Assembly: GCA_965215365.1 (NCBI GenBank)
Contig: CBDCDS010000003.1
Location: 2,272,001-2,336,000, forward strand
DNA length: 64,000 nt
Reading direction: 5' to 3'
DNA from: Gammaproteobacteria bacterium
GTDB lineage: Bacteria; Pseudomonadota; Gammaproteobacteria; Eutrophobiales; Eutrophobiaceae
Shown here: piece after piece, positions 59,001-64,000 of the stretch
Layout: each line of letters opens with the position of its first letter
How positions within the stretch are numbered: position 1 is the stretch's first letter
Notes under the pieces: generated by a model
The model's input: only the letters and a program-made list of their open reading frames with translations
Told to the model about the DNA's origin: nothing
Databases searched by the model: none
Program-made: the position numbers and the translations under genes

Positions 59001-59259
59001 CTTCCAGTCCACCGATATGATCTTCAATTTTGACAACAATGGCCTCCTCCACCTCGTCCGGGGTGGCGCCGGGATACGCCACGGAGACCTCAATATGGTT
59101 AAACGGTATGGTTGGCCACGCCTCTCGCTCCAGGCCCGTCAGCGCCACCAGTCCTGCGGCAATGATAGCAATCATCAACAGGTTGGCGGCAACGCCATTG
59201 CCGGCCATGTAAGCGATGGGGCCGGGGCGCTCGCCGTAGTGACTGTTGCTTTGGCTCAC
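56095..59259 (-). CDS. RND efflux permease (AcrB family)
   Basis: GIVVDDAIVV, VVVNDSLV, RFRPIFLTS motifs. Confidence 0.93.
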   Translation of the reverse strand: MSQSNSHYGERPGPIAYMAGNGVAANLLMIAIIAAGLVALTGLEREAWPTIPFNHIEVSVAYPGATPDEVEEAIVVKIEDHIGGLEDVKTLKSVAAPGMGSVRAQLKSGADVGAALDEIKAAVDRIQSFPAAAERAVIREMTNRQSIIRLIIHGQIPARALKELAYQVEDKLTTLPDVSEVEVTGIRDYEISIEVPLQRLRALSLTLEDIAATVRQSSLDLSAGSLDTNTTQVRVRTLGQRYTQQDFEDIVILSRSDGTVVRLGDIARVRDDFSKSDLIVRHQNRPAAFIEVYRADGEPVTGVAEAVREHLAKVVQPALPEGVGITVWNDESLIYSERANLLVKNGLLGLLLVFIALTLFLEIRLALWVAVGLALSGIGALAVMLVFDLSLSSISLFTFVLAIGIVVDDAIVVAEHIHHERKQGTPGVVAAIRGARRIKGPLTFAVLTSVVAFAPLLFLPGGIGDIMRPVPIVLISMLLISLVESLLILPNHLSHLPGPEWTPRRAPDRFFHWTQGHVDRGLERFLQGPLERALGFAIRQPVIIIAGAIGTLIVCVSMFPAGIIKTAFAEEVAGDFVTASLEMPEGTTAGQTYKVASALEAAGRRVIERLERTRPEHASLLLDGVTVVVGQRARIMGGGVTPTPTLNPEANIATVEFKLLSAQQRTVTSEQFLQLWRAEVGLLPQVRNLIFSSELVDWGNPIEAILSHPDPARLTQIVSSVADELRAMGGVFDVRSDNASGVREIQIEMRPEARTLGLSLDDVAHQARAAFFGAEALRIQRGREEVRAYVRLPEAERQAITDVEGYLIRTPGGVEVPLSQIAELTQGISPSAIKRRDRQRAITVTADVDQSIISGAEANKILEDTILAQLIAANPGLTYRLGGEQQQQVESFDALNRSMIIAIFVIYCLLAAPLRSYSKPFIIMAVIPFGLAGAILGHLILGLPFSSASAFGFIGLSGVVVNDSLVMIDFINQRLREGAPAREAIIDGAKMRFRPIFLTSITTFLGFMPIILERAIHAKFLTPFAASLGFGILFTTVILMLLVPAIMAIHLRAK

Positions 59260-60461
59260 GGCGTCGGGTCAGCCTCAGTGCGCACCTGCATGCCCTCGGT
59301 GGCAAACTGTATGCCGCCGGTAATCACCGCCTGACCGCCTTCCAGGTTGCCGGTCACATACACTTTATCATCGGCGCGTTGCAGGACCTGAACAGGAATA
59401 ATACTGACCTTGCCGCCGGGCGTTACGAGCCACAGTTCATTGCCTGCTTGCAAGGCTGCGCGCGGCGCCTGGAAAAAGCTCTGCGGCGCCAGACCGGTAA
59501 TCTCCACCTCCACAAACTTGCCAAGCAGCAGGGGCGGGGCAGTAGCGGCGCTCACATCCGCACCGACCGGGATACCGGCGCTGAACGGCGCCGGCACGCG
59601 CACGACCACATCTATGGTGCGCGTCGCCTCGTCCACGGCCGTCTCAGCCCGATCCACATAGCCTTTCCAGACATATTTACCAGCGCCGTAGCGAGCCGCC
59701 ACCAAGGCCGGGACTCTCGCTTCTTCATCACCGGCCTTAAGTTCCCACAAGCCAGGGATCAGAGCCGCATCACTGTCGGACAGGGATACCACCACTTCTG
59801 ACTGCTCCGAACCAAACAATCGACCGACGGTCTGCCCCGCGGTCACGACCTGCCCCACATCTACGGCTTCGGCGCGCACATGGCCGTCGAAAGGCGCCGT
59901 GACCCGAGTTCTGGATAATGCCAATCTGGCGTCGGCAAGCAGCGCTTCGGCGCGTTTTAACCCGGCGCGGGCCGCTTCCAGTTGCGGTTCTCTCAGCGCC
60001 AATGGACTGACGCCAACCTCGCCCTGCCGGCGGCTGGAATAACGTTCATATTCGGCCCGGGCAATCTCTGCCTGTTCCTGCTCTTCCAGCAGGGCCACCC
60101 GGCGCGCGGCGAGATTAGCCTCTGCTTCCTGTAGCCGGTAGAGGTAGTCCGCTTGTTCGATACGGAACAGCGTTTGGCCGCTCTGCACCCGTCCGCCGCT
60201 TTGGAATCCGGCCTCCACCCAAACGATTTTGCCGCCGACTTGTGGCGTGATATCGACTTCAGCGCCGGCCCTGACCGTGCCGGCGCCGTACACCGGTATG
60301 GCGCCGGCGCCGGCAATGACTGTGCCAGTCTGTGCATGAGGAATTTGCGGGGGCGGCTCAACGCGCTCCGGTTCCGGCGCCCTGGACACCAGCAACGAGG
60401 CCACGGCCACGGCCGCAACGATAATGACAATGGCAATCAGAAAACTGAAAAAACGGGACAT
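59256..60461 (-). CDS. RND periplasmic adaptor (MFP)
   Basis: N-terminal TM, lipoyl-hairpin fold, APFDG; ATG 60461. Confidence 0.9.
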   Translation of the reverse strand: MSRFFSFLIAIVIIVAAVAVASLLVSRAPEPERVEPPPQIPHAQTGTVIAGAGAIPVYGAGTVRAGAEVDITPQVGGKIVWVEAGFQSGGRVQSGQTLFRIEQADYLYRLQEAEANLAARRVALLEEQEQAEIARAEYERYSSRRQGEVGVSPLALREPQLEAARAGLKRAEALLADARLALSRTRVTAPFDGHVRAEAVDVGQVVTAGQTVGRLFGSEQSEVVVSLSDSDAALIPGLWELKAGDEEARVPALVAARYGAGKYVWKGYVDRAETAVDEATRTIDVVVRVPAPFSAGIPVGADVSAATAPPLLLGKFVEVEITGLAPQSFFQAPRAALQAGNELWLVTPGGKVSIIPVQVLQRADDKVYVTGNLEGGQAVITGGIQFATEGMQVRTEADPTP

Positions 60462-60462
60462 G

Positions 60463-61953
60463 TTATAGCTCCTCCCCGGTCCAGGCGCCGCCCAGTGCGC
60501 GGTGCAACGCCAGACGCGCATAGCCGAGGTCGCGCCGTGCCGCCGCCAGCCCGGATTGCGCGGCCAGCAGCTGTTGTGAAGCACTCAGAAAGGCGTCGTA
60601 CTCACCCACGCCGGAGACGTAACGCTGTTCTTGCAGCGCGGTTTCAGCCTCGACCTCTGCAGCCAGGGAGGCCAGCAGCGCATGACGGCGGCGGCTGGCC
60701 TGCAGCCGCGCCAGCGCGGCCTCCACCTCCTGCACCGCGGTGACCACGCTACGCCCGTAGGCGGCGATGGCCTCATCCAGTCTGGCTTCAGCCAGGGCGA
60801 CATTGCTGCGTAATCTGGAACCCTGCAACACCGGCCCCAGCAGATTGAAACTCAGGTTGCGAAACCATTGGTCCGGGTCGAACCATTCGCCGCCCTCGGT
60901 ACTTTGCAGGCCGATGGAACCATACAGCGACAGGCTTGGCCACAGGTCGGCGCGGCGCGCGCCCACCGTGAAACGAGCTGCTTCCACACGCTGCCGGGCC
61001 GCGCTCACATCGGGACGCTGCACCAGCAGATCAGCCGGGATGCCAACCGGCGCCGGCGCCGGCACAGCGGCCGTCAAGGCCTCGGGCAGCAATGCCTCCA
61101 GCTCGGGCCGGTGACCACCCAGTAACGTCCGCAGGCGTGCCCGGGCCGCCGCCAGCGAGGCGTCGAGCTGTGGTAATTGCGCCTCGAGGTGGCGTAGCTC
61201 ACGGCGCGCGCGGTGGCGCGCCGGCGCATTGATAAGCCCGCGCTCATAACGCAACCCCGCCAGCGCCGCGCGCTGGCGGGACAGCTCCACATTGGCCTCA
61301 GTCAGGCGCCGTTGCCGGCGCAGATCCACAAGCTCCAGGTAGGTGCGCACGGTCTCCGCCAGCACGCCCATGCGGGCGGTCAGGTAATCCGCCTCTTGCG
61401 CCAGCCGCGTGGCCGCGGCCGCACGCGCGTCGCTGCGGTTACGCCCCCAGAAGTCCAGTTCATAAGAAAACTGTGCGCTCAGGGTATAAGTGGTGAGCTG
61501 CAGGCGCTGCGGCAGTTCAATACCGAAATTACTGTAAACATCTTCTCCCAGGCCCACTTCGTCCAGTTGCGCAGCAATACCGGCATTGGTGGGAATATCG
61601 GTGTCGGTAATATCCAGCGCCGGCTGCAGCAACGGAAATGCCGGCGCCTTGACGATACGTTCGCGCGCGCGCGCCTGTTCGACCCGCGCCACCGCCTCGG
61701 CCAGATCAAAGTTGGCAGCCAACGCGGCTTCAATGAGCCGGTCCAGCGCCGGATCGGCAAACGCCTTCCACCAGGTGCGCGGTTGATAGGCGCCGGCAAC
61801 CTTGCTGCCGGCAAACTCCTGCGGCAGGTCAGCCACGGGGGCCGGCGGCGGCGCCATATCCACCAGGCTGGTCTTCATAACACAGCCGCACACAAGCCCG
61901 CCGGCAAAGACGGCCACCGACAATTCAAGCAGTCGTTTCGAGGCGTGTTTCAT
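60463..61953 (-). CDS. TolC/NodT-family outer membrane efflux lipoprotein
   Basis: Lipobox VCGC, WWKAFADP.L, YELDFWG, RPDV motifs; start uncertain. Confidence 0.9.
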   Translation of the reverse strand: MKHASKRLLELSVAVFAGGLVCGCVMKTSLVDMAPPPAPVADLPQEFAGSKVAGAYQPRTWWKAFADPALDRLIEAALAANFDLAEAVARVEQARARERIVKAPAFPLLQPALDITDTDIPTNAGIAAQLDEVGLGEDVYSNFGIELPQRLQLTTYTLSAQFSYELDFWGRNRSDARAAAATRLAQEADYLTARMGVLAETVRTYLELVDLRRQRRLTEANVELSRQRAALAGLRYERGLINAPARHRARRELRHLEAQLPQLDASLAAARARLRTLLGGHRPELEALLPEALTAAVPAPAPVGIPADLLVQRPDVSAARQRVEAARFTVGARRADLWPSLSLYGSIGLQSTEGGEWFDPDQWFRNLSFNLLGPVLQGSRLRSNVALAEARLDEAIAAYGRSVVTAVQEVEAALARLQASRRRHALLASLAAEVEAETALQEQRYVSGVGEYDAFLSASQQLLAAQSGLAAARRDLGYARLALHRALGGAWTGEEL

Positions 61954-62035
61954 GGGACAGAAAAATAAATTATCCCGCCGCAAGCGGACCGGGCAGCGGT
62001 TTATGATTACTTAACAGAGTTGTTACCTGGAGAGG

Positions 62036-64000
62036 TCATGCAGCTCCGGTGACGGGGCAGGTGGCGGCCTCGGCAGAGGCAGCGTTGGCAGACGCGCGCG
62101 GCGGGCGGCTGGACGCTGGCTTTAGCTCATGCCGCTGCTCTGCAATCCGGAGCTTCATCTTGCGGGTTGGCTTCATCGTCGGGATGGGATGGATCCGAAG
62201 CTGGTAGTCGGTGGGCACCATCTCGAAGCGGAAGTAGTGAATGAGCATCAGCAGACTGACGGCCAGGTGGAGTTCCACCCACCGCAAGCCCAGACACGTG
62301 TGGGTGCCCAGGCCGAAGGGAGCATAGCTGGTACTCCACTGGGTCTTGTTATCCTCCTTCTGGTGTCGTTCGATGTCGAAGGAAAGGGGATCGGGGAAGA
62401 CGTCTTCCATATAGTGCGTGGCCGCATGGACAAGGTGGATTTTTGCGCCTGCCGGGAGTTCGTAGCCCTCGACTACGCAGGCATTCATCACCGTTCTGAT
62501 GCTCATCGGGATGATCGGGTAGAGACGTTGGGACTCCATGAAGAAGCGGTAGGTGAGATCGATTTCCGATTTGCTCAGGTGATCCGCGTCGGGGTCGCCC
62601 GCGGCAAAGACTCTGTCAGCTTCATCTTGAATCCGCCGGTACAACTCGGGCTGACGCAGCAGGTTGTAGAGCGCAAAACTCATCGCATTGCCCATATAGA
62701 GGCTGACGATCAGGGGAGAAATCAGCGAGAAGGGAAGATCCGTCTCGGGCAGAAACTGCGGATCGGCAGCATGTAAACTCAGCACATCGTCCACAATGTC
62801 GCGCGGGCAGCCGGTGCGCTGGGTCGGCGTATGCACAGCCATAATGCGGCTCACCAAATCGCCGATGCGCTTCTTGCGCCGCCTCATGCCTGGAGTTTTC
62901 AGCATGAATTCCGGGAACGCCCGCAGCACATGCGTCGCCAGCGAACGCTCCTTGAACCTGATCAAATCCCGGAATTCGTCTTGGGTGTTGACACCGACTG
63001 AGAGCTGAGAAAATGTTCCATTGATGAAATCCTGGCAGGCCCGAACGGTGGGTAAAATATCGCCGACCTTCCATTTTGCCAGGTGTTCGCGGGAGTAGTG
63101 GTACAACTCGTCGAGGCGGTCAGCCAGTGCGGTGCGCGAGTAGGTTGCCTGAATAGCCTTGCGCATGCGGAAGTGATCGGCGCCATCCATCGAGGGCAGA
63201 ATACGCGAGGCGCCATACACCTGCTCGAATCCCGACAGGTAGTCCTTCGAGCGCAAGTAGCTGCGACCGACCCGCTGCATCCAGTGATTGGCTTCGGGCC
63301 CCACGAGAACGAGCATCCCCCCCTTCTGGAAGGGTGCCTTAAGCCTGAAGACAGGTCCGTTCTTGCGGGCTATGTCGGCAAAGAGCGCGGGGATATTTCC
63401 AGTCCGCAACAGCGGATTGAAGAGTACATCACGCAGCGGAGCCGTGGGAATCGGCTTGGTGCCCAGAACACGGCGAAACTGCGGCTGGGTGATGCTCTTG
63501 GCGGTTGCCTCGCCAATGGAGCGGCCGACGATATCAAGTTTGCAAACAAAGTCGATGCGCCGGGTGGCTTCCTCGTCCAAAGGGAAAATTAAATGAAGCA
63601 CCTCGCACGAATTGGCGAGTGCGACCAGAATTGCGTCCGTCGGATGGGGGATGTCGCCCACGAGCAGAACCTTGGCGATCCGCTCCTTGACGAATTCACT
63701 CGGTATGTGGTCGGGCGTGGCGTAGGCATCCGTCTGCCAGGTGCCTTGGGAGAGAGACCAGAAACCGCCGCTATGGTAGTTCAGGATTCCATTTTTCTCA
63801 AGGCTATCCAAGGTGGCTGCCATGATCTCTTCGGAGCGCGGCGAGAGGTGTTCGATCCAGTACCGGGTGTCTCGCTTCTGCGACTCGTCGCCGATCTCCT
63901 TCAGGATGGAATCCAAATGGGGATCTTCGGTAGTAGTTGGGTCAACGACGAAGAGGTGCTCCAGATCCATGTCAATGCGCCCCAGAAGCGACAGTTCGGC
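62036..64000 (-). CDS. GPP34(GOLPH3/Vps74)-like domain fused to cytochrome P450 (5' end outside window)
   Basis: Frame open to the window edge (AELSLLGRIDMDL...DP.LD..L..I...WI); P450 ExxR (ESQR) and FGLGTHTCLG heme motif. Confidence 0.85.
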   Translation of the reverse strand, partial: AELSLLGRIDMDLEHLFVVDPTTTEDPHLDSILKEIGDESQKRDTRYWIEHLSPRSEEIMAATLDSLEKNGILNYHSGGFWSLSQGTWQTDAYATPDHIPSEFVKERIAKVLLVGDIPHPTDAILVALANSCEVLHLIFPLDEEATRRIDFVCKLDIVGRSIGEATAKSITQPQFRRVLGTKPIPTAPLRDVLFNPLLRTGNIPALFADIARKNGPVFRLKAPFQKGGMLVLVGPEANHWMQRVGRSYLRSKDYLSGFEQVYGASRILPSMDGADHFRMRKAIQATYSRTALADRLDELYHYSREHLAKWKVGDILPTVRACQDFINGTFSQLSVGVNTQDEFRDLIRFKERSLATHVLRAFPEFMLKTPGMRRRKKRIGDLVSRIMAVHTPTQRTGCPRDIVDDVLSLHAADPQFLPETDLPFSLISPLIVSLYMGNAMSFALYNLLRQPELYRRIQDEADRVFAAGDPDADHLSKSEIDLTYRFFMESQRLYPIIPMSIRTVMNACVVEGYELPAGAKIHLVHAATHYMEDVFPDPLSFDIERHQKEDNKTQWSTSYAPFGLGTHTCLGLRWVELHLAVSLLMLIHYFRFEMVPTDYQLRIHPIPTMKPTRKMKLRIAEQRHELKPASSRPPRASANAASAEAATCPVTGAA

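Noticed and set aside
55976-64000. Integrative element at tRNA-Pro or tRNA-Gln
   Set aside because: No integrase and no duplicated tRNA 3' end seen within the window

Overview
This is a GC-rich gammaproteobacterial chromosome segment; a marine or sponge-symbiont lifestyle is inferred only from gene content. The core backbone includes metK, mtaB, a coxB-coxA-ctaG-coxC-SURF1 aa3 oxidase cluster, queG, maf, sppA, rne, rluC, lepA-lepB-rnc-era-recO-pdxJ, mutH, dusA, prc, hemW, gloB, ispB, tRNA-Gln(CUG) and tRNA-Pro(CGG). Accessory material includes: (1) an NHLP/proteusin RiPP locus with a 5-residue core (LRCCI), a methyltransferase and a dedicated export system; (2) F420 genes npdG and cofC separated by 11 identical 72-bp units, each with hairpins carrying CsrA/RsmA-type GGA loops, inserted into a related structured element; (3) a GPP34(GOLPH3)-cytochrome P450 fusion upstream of an RND pump; (4) defence/TA genes (Fic, two DNA MTases with one fused to a GIY-YIG domain, HicAB with an apparently frameshifted toxin start, a PD-(D/E)XK coiled-coil protein, AAA-DUF4143); (5) an intact IS481-family element, remnants of IS4, IS1634, Type ISP RM, DUF4258 and tpm genes, and two dispersed short repeat families. 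All calls come from reading motifs by eye; no searches were run.
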